From the NCBI GenBank assembly GCA_031370005.1, contig JANMPT010000107.1, forward strand, positions 1 through 64,000: a stretch of DNA of 64,000 nt. Reading direction: 5' to 3'. The notes beneath the pieces are model-generated. The model was not told where the DNA came from. It saw nothing but the letters and a program-made list of their open reading frames with translations, and made no database searches. The translations under genes and the position numbers were made by a program. This document shows, piece after piece, positions 19,383 through 29,825 of this stretch. Origin of the DNA: Bdellovibrionales bacterium. GTDB taxonomy: Bacteria > Bdellovibrionota > Bdellovibrionia > Bdellovibrionales > Bdellovibrionaceae. How positions within the stretch are numbered: position 1 is the first letter of the stretch; the number at the start of each line of letters is the position of its first letter.

Positions 19383-19889
19383 GTGTTCATGAAAAACCAT
19401 CGTCTTCAATATCTCATACTTATTGGGCTCATGTTTTGTATGGGGGCCTGTGTCTCAGTAAAGCTTCCATCAAGCACCGGAACCCCTGCGAAAGACGTTG
19501 AATATAATTCCCCTAAAAAACCGTTTCATGAAATCAAAGTCCTTGCTGGAGACAAAGCCTGGCTCAGTTCGAAGACCGGGAATACAATCTCATTTCTGTC
19601 TGACTGCAACGGAACGGTGGATCCAAGTCTTCAACAGCTTCAGAGTGAGTCTCTTGTGGTATTAGATAAGCTCAAAATTTTACAAACCAAAAATTTTGAT
19701 TTCAATGGGCGCGAAGCTCTTCTTACTCAGGCTCAAGGTGAAGTTGATGGTATACCCGTAAAAACAGAGCTCATTGTTTTTAAGAAAAATAATTGCAACT
19801 ACACACTCAGCTTCGGCGGAATCCTCAACAACTTCGATGATGAAAAAAAATACTTTGACAGCTTTTCTGAAAGCTTTAAGGCACCCTAA
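19383..19889 (+). CDS. Lipoprotein associated with the Mla/Mce ABC system
   Basis: Lipobox-like MGAC; overlaps the mlaE start. Confidence 0.7.
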   Translation: MFMKNHRLQYLILIGLMFCMGACVSVKLPSSTGTPAKDVEYNSPKKPFHEIKVLAGDKAWLSSKTGNTISFLSDCNGTVDPSLQQLQSESLVVLDKLKILQTKNFDFNGREALLTQAQGEVDGIPVKTELIVFKKNNCNYTLSFGGILNNFDDEKKYFDSFSESFKAP

Positions 19890-20671
19890 TGGATGCATTA
19901 CCTATCACCACATTCTTACTTGAAATTATCCATTTCTGGGGCGGTCTGGGTATTTTGACTAGCCAAGTGATGCGAGAGACTTTCACAGGAAAAATTTATT
20001 GGAAACTTGTCATCGAACAAATCTATCAAGTCGGCTACAGATCTACACCATTGATTCTGATCACCTCCGGCAGCATCGGTATGGTGATGGCTCTTCAATT
20101 TGGACTTGGGCTTGAAAAGTTCGGAGGCAAACTTTACGTTCCAAAACTTGTCGCCGCCACAATTTTGCGTGAAATCGGCCCGATGTTCACAAGCCTTATG
20201 TTTGCCGCTCGCATAGGAGCAGGGATTGCCAGTGAAATTGGCTCTATGATGGTAACCCAGCAAATCGATGCAATTCGAGCCCTGGGTACCTCGCCCATAA
20301 AAAAAATTGTAATTCCCCGTGTATTGGCTTGCTTAATTACTCTGCCAGTCCTCGTGGCCTTTGCAAATATCATCGGAAATCTCGGTAGTTTAATTGTGGG
20401 TGCCACTGAGCTCAATCTGGATCCCAATTTTTTCTATCTCAAAATAATGTCCACAGCCAGTCTAGATGATTATCTCTCCGGTTTTGGTAAAACATTTTTT
20501 TTCGCAATGTTTGTCTCCCTACCCTCTTGTTACTTTGGGTTAAAGGTTAAAAACGGAGCCAAAGAAGTCGGTATCGCAACAACGAAGGCAGTAGTGGTCT
20601 CATCTATCTTAATTCTCGTCGGTGATTTTTTTCTCTCAAAAGTATTCTGGATGATAGCAAGATGGATGTAA
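19889..20671 (+). CDS. mlaE: MlaE-family ABC permease
   Basis: REIGP, AARIGAGIASEIGSM, QIDAIRALG, VGIATTKAVV. Confidence 0.92.
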   Translation: MDALPITTFLLEIIHFWGGLGILTSQVMRETFTGKIYWKLVIEQIYQVGYRSTPLILITSGSIGMVMALQFGLGLEKFGGKLYVPKLVAATILREIGPMFTSLMFAARIGAGIASEIGSMMVTQQIDAIRALGTSPIKKIVIPRVLACLITLPVLVAFANIIGNLGSLIVGATELNLDPNFFYLKIMSTASLDDYLSGFGKTFFFAMFVSLPSCYFGLKVKNGAKEVGIATTKAVVVSSILILVGDFFLSKVFWMIARWM

Positions 20672-21393
20672 TAGACGTAATCAACTTTAAAAAATCTTAC
20701 GGATCAAAATCAGTTCATAAAGATGTCACATTTTGTGTCAAAAAAGGCGAGTGCCTTGGGCTTATCGGCGGCTCTGGAACCGGAAAAAGTGTTATCTTGC
20801 GCAGCCTGATTGGCCTGGAAAAGCCAGACGGTGGCCAGGTCTTAATTGAAGGGGTTGATATCACGAAAATGAAGGAGCAAGAGCTTCTCGAAATCCGCAA
20901 AAAAGTTGCTTATGCTTTCCAAAATGGCGCTCTCTTTGACTCAATGACTGTTTTTGAGAATCTTGCATATCCGCTTCGTGAGCATTTTCACTATAGCGAA
21001 ATGGAAATCAAAGATCGAGTACTTGCCAGCCTTGCCGAGTTTGGTCTCGAGGGAAATGAACATATTTATCCTGCGAGCCTCTCAGGCGGCATGCAAAAGC
21101 GTGTAGGTTTGGTTCGCGCTATGATGATGAATCCACAAATTATTCTTTATGACGAGCCCACCGCAGGATTAGACCCCTTCAATACTCGCAAAATCCAAGA
21201 TTTGATTTTGCGCTTAAAGGCCAAGGGTGTGACTTCGATTCTCGTCACCCATGACATGCCAACGGCTAATGCCGTTTGCGATAAAATCGCAATGCTTTTG
21301 AATGGTCGTATCGAAGCTCAGGGAACGATGTCACAGCTGGACCAAGATAGTTTAGGTGCCATTGCCAAGTTTATTGCAGGAGAGGATCTCTAG
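20662..21393 (+). CDS. mlaF: MlaF-family ABC ATPase
   Basis: GGSGTGKS, LSGGMQKR, YDEPTAGLDP, THD. Confidence 0.92.
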   Translation: MDVIDVINFKKSYGSKSVHKDVTFCVKKGECLGLIGGSGTGKSVILRSLIGLEKPDGGQVLIEGVDITKMKEQELLEIRKKVAYAFQNGALFDSMTVFENLAYPLREHFHYSEMEIKDRVLASLAEFGLEGNEHIYPASLSGGMQKRVGLVRAMMMNPQIILYDEPTAGLDPFNTRKIQDLILRLKAKGVTSILVTHDMPTANAVCDKIAMLLNGRIEAQGTMSQLDQDSLGAIAKFIAGEDL

Positions 21394-21400
21394 GGGGATT

Positions 21401-22204
21401 ATGGAAAATAATTTAAAAACTCAACTTCGTGTCGGCATCTTTCTTTCGATTGGTCTTGTTCTGATCTTAGGATCCATCTTCATGCTCGGAGCGGATCGCG
21501 CATTCTTTAAAAGTTATACTATCCTGCACGCACACTTCGAGCAGGTCCAGGGTTTGGCCGAAGGTTCAGTGATTTCATTCTCAGGTATCACCGTGGGCAA
21601 CATTAAAAAAATTCAAATTTTACCAGAAAAAAATCTAATTGACCTCGTACTACAAGTCGACAACGAATTCATGCCACGAGTTACCGAGGGCTCTCAGGTT
21701 GAAATTCGTACTCAGGGAGCTCTGGGTGATAAGTTCATCTTTATTATCCCAGGCGATCCGAAAGCAAAGCCGCTAACTAATGGCAGCATTATTGATGTCG
21801 CAAAAGCCACAGATATCCTAGGGATCCTCTCTGAACGCGGTAGTGAGGCTGAAAAAATCTTTGATATTATCCACGAAATATATCGATTTACAAAGACACT
21901 GAATGCAGAAAACCGCACTGATAAGATTTTATCAAGCTTGGCGTCCGCTACTTCGAAAATTGACAAGACTGCGACCGCAACACAAAAGATTGCAGAAGGC
22001 TTCAGTGACGGAAAATTAAAATCTGCCGTGGATCACCTGGATAGTGTTCTTGCAAAACTTGATCGCGGCCAAGGGACTCTCGGCGCCTTGATCAACGACC
22101 CAGCTGTTCATCAGCAACTCAAGTCTCTGTTGGGTGGCTCTAATCGTAAGAGTTATATGAAGTCTCTCATGCGCACTTCGATTGAAAAAACTGAAGAGAA
22201 ATAA
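21401..22204 (+). CDS. mlaD: MlaD/MCE-domain protein
   Basis: RVGIF TM anchor; GLAEGS..GITVG; TQGALGDKFI. Confidence 0.9.
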   Translation: MENNLKTQLRVGIFLSIGLVLILGSIFMLGADRAFFKSYTILHAHFEQVQGLAEGSVISFSGITVGNIKKIQILPEKNLIDLVLQVDNEFMPRVTEGSQVEIRTQGALGDKFIFIIPGDPKAKPLTNGSIIDVAKATDILGILSERGSEAEKIFDIIHEIYRFTKTLNAENRTDKILSSLASATSKIDKTATATQKIAEGFSDGKLKSAVDHLDSVLAKLDRGQGTLGALINDPAVHQQLKSLLGGSNRKSYMKSLMRTSIEKTEEK

Positions 22205-22229
22205 CGCCTTGAAATTGCGTAATTGTTGA

Positions 22230-22631
22230 CTACTCTTTATCTTCGTTTTCTGGCGCTATCTTCTGAATTACATTTTTAAAATCTTTTTGAGATTCGTTAT
22301 CGCTTGGGACTTCGCGACGATCCAGAGTAAAACGAATATTTTTAATCATTGGCTGACCCAATTTTTTATTCAAAGTATCCCGAATGTGATCCTTCATAAA
22401 AGTTAGCTGTTGCATCCACGAACTGCTCCGAACCCAAAGATAGAGAACCCCACGATGAAAGCCAACAGGTTCAGTGTTTTGCGCAATCGTTGATCCCACA
22501 AACTCACCCCAACGGGCCCACAACTTCCAACGCATAAATTGTTCTGATAGTGGCGAATTGCCACCTTCAAACAATCTCTGAAGGACTTCTGAGCCGAGGC
22601 TAAACTTGGTTTTGGGATCTCGTTCACGCAT
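22230..22631 (-). CDS. dciA: DciA/DUF721 family protein
   Basis: W..FVG..IA..TEP....GVLYLWVRSSSWMQQL motif. Confidence 0.8.
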   Translation of the reverse strand: MRERDPKTKFSLGSEVLQRLFEGGNSPLSEQFMRWKLWARWGEFVGSTIAQNTEPVGFHRGVLYLWVRSSSWMQQLTFMKDHIRDTLNKKLGQPMIKNIRFTLDRREVPSDNESQKDFKNVIQKIAPENEDKE

Positions 22632-22737
22632 TTTCTACACTTAGCACAGCCCTGAGTTGAAATCCTGTGAAAAAAACTCTTCTTTAGCCTTATCACCCCT
22701 TGTCAAGGGAGCTAAGTACCGATACACAGGTCAAAGT

Positions 22738-24084
22738 ATGAAATCAGAAAAAAAAATTACAGTGGTCGGCGCGGGCCTTGCTGGAAGTGAATGCGCTTTA
22801 CAATTGGCCGAAATGGGTTACCAGGTCGTCCTTTTTGAAATGCGCGATAAAACCATGACCCCCGCTCATAAAACAAATAAATTTGCCGAGCTTGTTTGCT
22901 CAAACTCTTTTGGCAGTATGGGCGAGGTCTCTGCCCCTGGCCAATTAAAATGGGAAGCACAAAAATTAAATTCAAAAATACTCGAGGCCGCATATTCAGC
23001 CCAAGTTCCAGCAGGCCAAGCCTTAGGCATCGATCGGGAAATGTTCTCAGCCAAAGTGACTGGGATGATTCGCAATCATCCCAATATTGAAGTACGCAAT
23101 GATGTAATCAACAATCTCGAGGAGGTCCCGCGCCCGGCTATCATTGCTACAGGTCCGCTGACTCATGATAATCTTGCTGCAAGTATGAGCAGTCACTTCG
23201 GCAATGAGTTCTTATATTTCTTTGACGCGATTGCGCCTATACTTGATACCGATAGCATCAATACCGAAATTGCATGGAAAGCTGACCGCTACGATAAAGG
23301 CACGGGCGACGGAGACTACTACAACTGTCCCCTCAATAAAGAAGAATATGAACGATTTATTTCTGAAATAAAATTGGCGCGAAAAATAGAGCCCAAAGAC
23401 TTTGAAACCACTGGTTTCTTTGAAGGCTGCATGCCGATTGAAACTATGGTCGATCGTGGAGATCAAACTCTGCGCTTTGGCCCAATGAAACCCGTCGGAC
23501 TTGATAATCCAAAAACCGGTCGCTACGCCTATGCCATTGTGCAACTCCGTCAGGACAACAAAGAGGGCACGGCTTATAATATGGTGGGCTTCCAAACGCG
23601 CATGGCCTATAGCGAGCAAATCCGTATCTTCCGCTTGATTCCTGGCCTGGAAAATGCGGAATTCTTAAAGCTCGGCAGTATTCATCGCAATTTGTATATC
23701 AATTCCCCAAAAAGTCTTAACTGCGATCTTTCCAGCAAGCGTGATCCATGGTTATTTTTTGCAGGCCAGATCACTGGCGTGGAAGGTTACTTTGAGTCTA
23801 CCTGCGTGGGACTTATGGTAGCGAAATTCTTGGATCAAAAACTTCAAGACAAAGTTTTCAGCCCCCCACCACGGGCCTCCGCAATGGGCTCTTTACTGGA
23901 AGCAATCACCGATCCAACACGAGCAGCCCACTTCCAACCTACGAATATTAATTTTTCTTTGATACCACCATTGTCCGAAGCCGATATTGAGGAGCTTAAA
24001 CTCCTGAGGCTTCATCGGGATAAAAAAGCAAAAAAAGAATTACAGATTAAAAAAGCTCAGGCCGCGCTGCAGACTTGGCTTTAG
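22738..24084 (+). CDS. trmFO: tRNA (uracil-54) methyltransferase TrmFO (Gid)
   Basis: GAGLAGSE, ELVCSNS, FFDAIAP, GQITGVEGY. Confidence 0.96.
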   Translation: MKSEKKITVVGAGLAGSECALQLAEMGYQVVLFEMRDKTMTPAHKTNKFAELVCSNSFGSMGEVSAPGQLKWEAQKLNSKILEAAYSAQVPAGQALGIDREMFSAKVTGMIRNHPNIEVRNDVINNLEEVPRPAIIATGPLTHDNLAASMSSHFGNEFLYFFDAIAPILDTDSINTEIAWKADRYDKGTGDGDYYNCPLNKEEYERFISEIKLARKIEPKDFETTGFFEGCMPIETMVDRGDQTLRFGPMKPVGLDNPKTGRYAYAIVQLRQDNKEGTAYNMVGFQTRMAYSEQIRIFRLIPGLENAEFLKLGSIHRNLYINSPKSLNCDLSSKRDPWLFFAGQITGVEGYFESTCVGLMVAKFLDQKLQDKVFSPPPRASAMGSLLEAITDPTRAAHFQPTNINFSLIPPLSEADIEELKLLRLHRDKKAKKELQIKKAQAALQTWL

Positions 24085-24103
24085 ATTTTTGGGACAAAGC
24101 CCC

Positions 24104-24119
24104 TGGCCCACACCTTGCA
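24104..24119 (+). promoter_or_regulatory. Putative sigma54 promoter
   Basis: TGGCCCACACCTTGCA (GG-N10-GC) upstream of the DUF4360-like gene. Confidence 0.65.
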
Positions 24120-24154
24120 ATACCAATTTCTAGTGGCGTCTTGCCACCAGCTTC

Positions 24155-24871
24155 TTGGGGGACTCCGTGCTATTACCACTTGTTATACTACTTTGCTCAT
24201 CATTAATCGCTCACGCCGAAGCGCCACCGAGCGTTCTAATTAGAAATATTCAGGCTATCGGCAGTGGCTGCCCACAGGGAAGCTTCAGTGCCACGATTTC
24301 ACCTGATGCAAATACCTTTTCGCTTTTATTAGACCAATACATTGCTGAGTCCACCCGGCAAATGACTCTGGATCGCAAGGCCTGTCAATTGCGGGTTGAA
24401 TTTGCAGTCCCAAGCGGTTGGCAATTCTCGGTGATATCTGCGGACTACCGTGGATTCGTTAATGTTGAGGCAGGAGCCCTTGCAACACATCAAGCTATTT
24501 ACTCTTTTGATGGAAGCAAGCCACCAAATGAACGCCCAGGATTTCAAGATGGCAGCAACTATTCTTTCAAAGCTCAGAATTTTAACGGGCCGTTTCAAGA
24601 CAATTATTTCATTCACAATGAAATCAATCCGCGCATTGCCCCTTGGTCACCTTGTCAGAGCAACAATGCGCAAACACTTTTCATTTCAACATTTCTCACG
24701 GCCCGCGCTTTGGATTGGCGCAGTCCTGCCGCCGCTCAAATCACACTCGACAGTATTGACGGCCAGGCGCAATCGCAAAAATTTAATTTTGCCTGGAGAC
24801 GTTGCCGCGCAGACAACCCAGCTCCTGGCCGCCCCCCAACTTATCCTGGAAGACCACCACGCTTTCCATAG
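24155..24871 (+). CDS. Secreted DUF4360-like protein
   Basis: Signal peptide; GSGCPQG, RKACQL, DYRG, WSPC motifs; Pro-rich tail. Confidence 0.8.
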   Translation: MGDSVLLPLVILLCSSLIAHAEAPPSVLIRNIQAIGSGCPQGSFSATISPDANTFSLLLDQYIAESTRQMTLDRKACQLRVEFAVPSGWQFSVISADYRGFVNVEAGALATHQAIYSFDGSKPPNERPGFQDGSNYSFKAQNFNGPFQDNYFIHNEINPRIAPWSPCQSNNAQTLFISTFLTARALDWRSPAAAQITLDSIDGQAQSQKFNFAWRRCRADNPAPGRPPTYPGRPPRFP

Positions 24872-24978
24872 AACATGAGCAGGACCACAGTCCAAGTGAA
24901 TGCACTATGTAGGACGGTGTTTCTTGTCTTGCTCTGCCTTGTGAGCTGTCCTAAGCTGTTATTTTCACAAGGATAATT

Positions 24979-27690
24979 ATGTCGGAGCAGAGTTCAGAAA
25001 AAAATCAAAGTCAAAGCGCACTCCCAGATCGCTACAGCCCCCAAGAAGTTGAGGGCCGAGTTTATCAGTGGTGGGAGGAGAACGGTTATTTCAAGGCAGA
25101 AGACCGTTCCACCAAGCCTCCGTTTAGTATTATTCTTCCGCCTCCGAATGTGACAGGCTTCTTGCATATGGGCCACGCCCTGGACCATACCATCCAAGAT
25201 CTTCTGATTCGTTGGAAACGCATGAATGGTTTTAATGCCATGTGGATGCCAGGAACGGATCATGCCGGTATCGCCACACAAAGTGTGGTTGAAAAAGAAC
25301 TCAAGAAAACAGAACACATAACTCGCCATGAATTAGGTCGCGAAAAATTTGTGGAAAAAATCTGGGAGTGGAAACATAAATACGGCGATCGCATCTATAG
25401 CCAGATGCGCCGTCTGGGGGACTCCTGCGATTGGGATCGCGCTACTTTCACATTGGATGATGATGTTTCTAAATCCGTTCGTAAAGTTTTTGTTTCGCTT
25501 TACAAAAAAAATTGGATCTACAAAGGCCAAAGACTCATCAATTGGTCAGGCCCACTTGAGACAGCGATTTCAGATCTCGAAGTCGAGCACAAACAAATCA
25601 AAGGCTCTTTGTGGCATATCAACTATCCTTTAGAGGATGGCTCAGGGTTTCTGACAATTGCTACGACTCGACCTGAAACCCTATTAGGCGACACAGCAGT
25701 TTGTGTAAACCCCGAGGATGATCGCTATAAGCACTTGATTGGTAAAAATGTAATCGTTCCGCTCATCAATCGTAAAGTAAAAATTATTGCCGACACTTAT
25801 GTTGATAAAACGTTTGGCTCTGGAGTTGTTAAAATCACTCCAGCCCATGATTTTAATGATTATAAAATCGGTAAGATTCATAACCTTGATTTCATCAATA
25901 TTCTGACAACGAAAACCACCTTGAACGAAAATGCAGGTCCCTATCAAGGTCTCACAGTAATTGAGGCGCGAAAAAAAGTTGTAGAGGACCTAAAGACTCA
26001 AAATCTTCTTGTGAAAGAAGAGCCACACATAAACAACGTGGGTCACTGCTCACGTTCGGGCGCTGTGGTTGAACCCTTCCTTTCTGAGCAGTGGTTTGTA
26101 AAAACCGAAGGACTTTCAGTTCCCGCTCGTCGCGTAGTTGAAAGTGGCACAATTCGTTTCGAGCCAGAATCATGGACAAAAGTTTATCTACACTGGATGG
26201 GTATCATCGAGGACTGGTGTATTTCCCGCCAACTTTGGTGGGGTCATCGAATTCCGGCATGGACTTGCGCTGATTGCGGTCACGTGACCGTCGCAGAGGT
26301 AGATCCAACAGAATGTGAAAAGTGCCATAAAAAAAATCTTTCTCAAGAGGCGGACGTGCTGGATACGTGGTTTAGTTCAGCTCTTTGGCCGTTCTCTACC
26401 ATGGGTTGGCCAGAGGAAACTGAAACTCTAAAAACTTTTTACCCAACTAATTACCTTGTAACGGGTCATGATATTATTTTCTTCTGGGTGGCCCGCATGA
26501 TCATGATGGGTCTTGAGTTTAAGCGAGATGTGCCGTTTAGAACCGTCTACATCCATGGACTCGTCAGAGACTCTCAAGGTAAAAAAATGTCAAAAAGTGC
26601 CGGAAACTCCGTCGATCCAGTGGAGATGATCGACAAGCACGGGGCCGATGCCCTTAGGTTCTCATTCCTGGCACATTTGTATTCGGGCAAGGACTTTAAG
26701 TTTGCAGAGCAACGTCTGGAGGGCTATCGAAATTTTATGAATAAAATTTGGAATGCGGCTCGATTTGCCCTCAGCCATCTTCAAGACTTCAAGCCTCCTG
26801 CAGAAGGTGTAAAAGCCATTCCGAATAAATCACAAATCTCAGTCTTTGATCAATGGATCATCACAAAACTGGGTGAGGCTGAAAAAACTGTTGAGGATGC
26901 TTTGGAGCATGAACGCTTCTCTGATGCGGCCTCTGCTTTGTATCAATTCATTTGGAATCAATTCTGCGATTGGTACATTGAGTTCACCAAACCTATTTTT
27001 TCAGGCGCAAATAAAGAAGAGCGTGCAGCAACTCAACTGGTGATGGCCCAAGTTCTGAATCGAACGATGAGACTTTTGCATCCTTTTGCTCCATTTATCA
27101 GTGAGGAAATTTATCAAAAGCTACCCATACGTAGTAATGCTTGTATTGTAGATCAATATCCAAACACTCGAAATGACAAAGACTTCTTGGCCCTAGGCTC
27201 TCAGCAAGCGGCCTATGAAATTGACATCGTAAAAGACGTAGTGACGGCAATCCGCAATATCCGTGGCGAAAATCGCATCAGCCCCGCTGAAAAACTGAAT
27301 GCACGCCTTGGTATCAACGAAGCAGATATGCAAAAGATCCTTGGCAATAATAAGAACGCAATCCTAACCATGGCTCGTTTGGCAAACCTAGGCATCGGCG
27401 AAGACGGCAATATGCAAAAATGCGCAGTGGCCCCAATCACCACGAAAAATGGTCAAATCAAGGTCATCATCCCTTTGGAAGGACTGGTTGATTTTGATGA
27501 GGAAATCAAACGCATAAATAAAACAATTGATAAATTAAGCAGAGACATTTCCTTGCTTACCAATAAGCTTTCCAATGAAAAATTTATAGCCAACGCTGAT
27601 GAGGATGTCGTAATGGCCGATAAGGAGTTATTGGCGCAAAGTAAAATGCAAATAGAGTCTATGAAAGAGGCCCTGATCAGATTCCAATAA
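24979..27690 (+). CDS. valS: Valyl-tRNA synthetase
   Basis: PPPNVTG.LHMGH, DWCISRQLWWGH, KMSKS, C-terminal coiled coil. Confidence 0.98.
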   Translation: MSEQSSEKNQSQSALPDRYSPQEVEGRVYQWWEENGYFKAEDRSTKPPFSIILPPPNVTGFLHMGHALDHTIQDLLIRWKRMNGFNAMWMPGTDHAGIATQSVVEKELKKTEHITRHELGREKFVEKIWEWKHKYGDRIYSQMRRLGDSCDWDRATFTLDDDVSKSVRKVFVSLYKKNWIYKGQRLINWSGPLETAISDLEVEHKQIKGSLWHINYPLEDGSGFLTIATTRPETLLGDTAVCVNPEDDRYKHLIGKNVIVPLINRKVKIIADTYVDKTFGSGVVKITPAHDFNDYKIGKIHNLDFINILTTKTTLNENAGPYQGLTVIEARKKVVEDLKTQNLLVKEEPHINNVGHCSRSGAVVEPFLSEQWFVKTEGLSVPARRVVESGTIRFEPESWTKVYLHWMGIIEDWCISRQLWWGHRIPAWTCADCGHVTVAEVDPTECEKCHKKNLSQEADVLDTWFSSALWPFSTMGWPEETETLKTFYPTNYLVTGHDIIFFWVARMIMMGLEFKRDVPFRTVYIHGLVRDSQGKKMSKSAGNSVDPVEMIDKHGADALRFSFLAHLYSGKDFKFAEQRLEGYRNFMNKIWNAARFALSHLQDFKPPAEGVKAIPNKSQISVFDQWIITKLGEAEKTVEDALEHERFSDAASALYQFIWNQFCDWYIEFTKPIFSGANKEERAATQLVMAQVLNRTMRLLHPFAPFISEEIYQKLPIRSNACIVDQYPNTRNDKDFLALGSQQAAYEIDIVKDVVTAIRNIRGENRISPAEKLNARLGINEADMQKILGNNKNAILTMARLANLGIGEDGNMQKCAVAPITTKNGQIKVIIPLEGLVDFDEEIKRINKTIDKLSRDISLLTNKLSNEKFIANADEDVVMADKELLAQSKMQIESMKEALIRFQ

Positions 27691-27776
27691 AAGAGCCTTG
27701 AACTCCAAGGCGCCATGCGTTATACCCCTGCTGCGCCTTTTTATTGCGTCGGCCATAAAGCGTGATTGGAGATTAA

Positions 27777-28259
27777 GTGAAAGCTCTTGCTCTTATAAGC
27801 TTCTGTCTTTGCCTCTTTGGTTTGAATCTATCCTTTGCTGATGATTTTCCAGTAGCCCCTGCAAAGCAAGTGACCCCAGGCAAGCTGTGTGACAAGCCGA
27901 ACAACACTCGTTATCCAGAAAAAATCGCCTATTGTGACCGGGATGTCAGCTCAACGCTGAAGCGGCAAATCATTGAAAACTACGACCGAACTTTTGGCTA
28001 TAAAATAGAAACTCTGCCTCGGGATCAGTTCAAGATCGACCACTATATCCCTCTTTGCGTCGGCGGCAGTAACGATACCCTCAACCTGTGGCCACAACAC
28101 GTCAGCGTATATACAGTCACTGACCCCTTAGAAGAACTTGTTTGCGACAAAATGGCTTCAGGTAAGCTTCAGCAAAAAGATGCTGTCGCGATCATTATAG
28201 AAGCAAAAAATCACTTGGTCGAAGTTCCTCAAATCCTAGCTCATGTAAATTCACTTTAG
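27777..28259 (+). CDS. Secreted HNH-like protein
   Basis: Signal peptide; IDHYIPLCVGGSNDTLNLWPQ motif. Confidence 0.65.
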   Translation: MKALALISFCLCLFGLNLSFADDFPVAPAKQVTPGKLCDKPNNTRYPEKIAYCDRDVSSTLKRQIIENYDRTFGYKIETLPRDQFKIDHYIPLCVGGSNDTLNLWPQHVSVYTVTDPLEELVCDKMASGKLQQKDAVAIIIEAKNHLVEVPQILAHVNSL

Positions 28260-29231
28260 CTGAAATTCGGCGGGCCAGGTTACGGGCTTCCCGCTCGTAA
28301 TATTCATCATTCGATCCAAAGACACTTGAGCCTTCGCACGGAGGGACTCTTCCATTTGAACCTTTGGTTCGAGAGTCTCCAGTGCATGTTTGATTTTTTC
28401 CATGGAATTCATTTTCATATACGGACAGTTATTGCAAAGACAGCCGCTATCCAAAACCGGTGCCTGAATTAAAATCGCATCGCCGCGCTTTTTCTGCATC
28501 TGATGGAATATCCCAGCTTCTGTAGCAACAATGAATTTCTTCGCCGGATTTTTTTCAACTTCTTCAAGTAATCGCGACGTCGAACCAATCACGTGCGCAT
28601 AATTCAAAACAGTTTCATCACACTCCGGATGAGCAATCACCACGGCGTCTGGATGTTCTAATGTCATCTCATACAACTTACGGGCATTAAAAAGCACGTG
28701 CACTTCACAAGCCCCCGGCCACAACTCAAATGGTCGATGGAGCTTCTTAGATAAAAATCGACCCAAATGCTGATCTGGTCCAAAAAGAATTTTACGATCA
28801 ATCGGAATTGAGTTAATGATTTGCTCCGCATTACTAGAGGTAATAATCACATCTGAAATCGCTTTTACTTCCGCGCTGGAGTTAATATAGGTCACGGCGA
28901 TGCCATCAGAAAATTTTTGCCGCCACGCTAAGTACTTCTCATAAGGAGCGCCCTTCACTAAAGAGCAACTCGCTTCAAGATCAGGAACAAGAACTGTTTT
29001 TGTTGGGTTAAGAATCTTTACACTTTCGGCCATGAAAACCACGCCCGCTAGCAAGATCACCTGTTGCTCCACCTTTTGGCCCATCTTCGCCAAATAAAAA
29101 CTATCCCCAACATAATCAGCAATGTCTTGGATATCGCCCTCTTCATAATAGTGAGCAAGGATGACAGCATTTTTCTTTTTTTTGAGGCCTTGAATATCTG
29201 CAGCAATATCGTATGCCATAAGTGCCTCCAA
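28251..29231 (-). CDS. nadA: Quinolinate synthase
   Basis: ILAHYY, GDS, CSL, YINSSA, CEVH, AHPEC, CPYMK. Confidence 0.96.
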   Translation of the reverse strand: MEALMAYDIAADIQGLKKKKNAVILAHYYEEGDIQDIADYVGDSFYLAKMGQKVEQQVILLAGVVFMAESVKILNPTKTVLVPDLEASCSLVKGAPYEKYLAWRQKFSDGIAVTYINSSAEVKAISDVIITSSNAEQIINSIPIDRKILFGPDQHLGRFLSKKLHRPFELWPGACEVHVLFNARKLYEMTLEHPDAVVIAHPECDETVLNYAHVIGSTSRLLEEVEKNPAKKFIVATEAGIFHQMQKKRGDAILIQAPVLDSGCLCNNCPYMKMNSMEKIKHALETLEPKVQMEESLRAKAQVSLDRMMNITSGKPVTWPAEFQLK

Positions 29232-29825
29232 CTAGATGTTAGAACCGCCTTTTAGCACATTCAGGATAGACTTAGAAACGATTTTAAGGGACTCAAAGAC
29301 GCCCTTTCCTTCGGAGGCACAGCCCTCTACTTCCGGAGCATTGTAGAAGTTTAAGGCACTTCTCATTTCAGCCAAAGAGGCCGCATTCGGAAGATCGCGT
29401 TTGTTATATTGCATGACCAAAGGGATCTCACGGATATCATAGCCCTGTTGTTCAAGATTTTTCTCGAGGTTCTTAAGTGCCTCAAGATTCTCATCCATGC
29501 GTTCCACTTGAGAGTCCGCAACAAAGATAACCCCGTCTAAACCCTTCAGAATAAGCTTGCGAGAGGCATCGTAAACAACTTGGCCAGGAACGGAGTACAA
29601 ATGGAAGCGGGTTTTAAAACCGCGAATATCGCCCACATTCAGTGGTAAAAAGTCGAAAAATAGAGTTCTTTCCACGTCCGTATTCACAGCCACAAGTTTT
29701 GTGTTTTGATCATTTGCAGTCTTTTGATAAACCCACTGAACATTGGTAGTTTTGCCACCCAAAGAAGGTCCATAATAAACAACTTTGCAGTGAATTTCTT
29801 TGGCGTTGTAATTAATAAAAGACAT
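29232..29825 (-). CDS. mglA: Ras-like small GTPase MglA
   Basis: MSFINY..KEIHCKVVYYGPSLGGKTTN; RTLFFDFLP; VPGQV.Y; NKRDLP. Confidence 0.95.
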   Translation of the reverse strand: MSFINYNAKEIHCKVVYYGPSLGGKTTNVQWVYQKTANDQNTKLVAVNTDVERTLFFDFLPLNVGDIRGFKTRFHLYSVPGQVVYDASRKLILKGLDGVIFVADSQVERMDENLEALKNLEKNLEQQGYDIREIPLVMQYNKRDLPNAASLAEMRSALNFYNAPEVEGCASEGKGVFESLKIVSKSILNVLKGGSNI

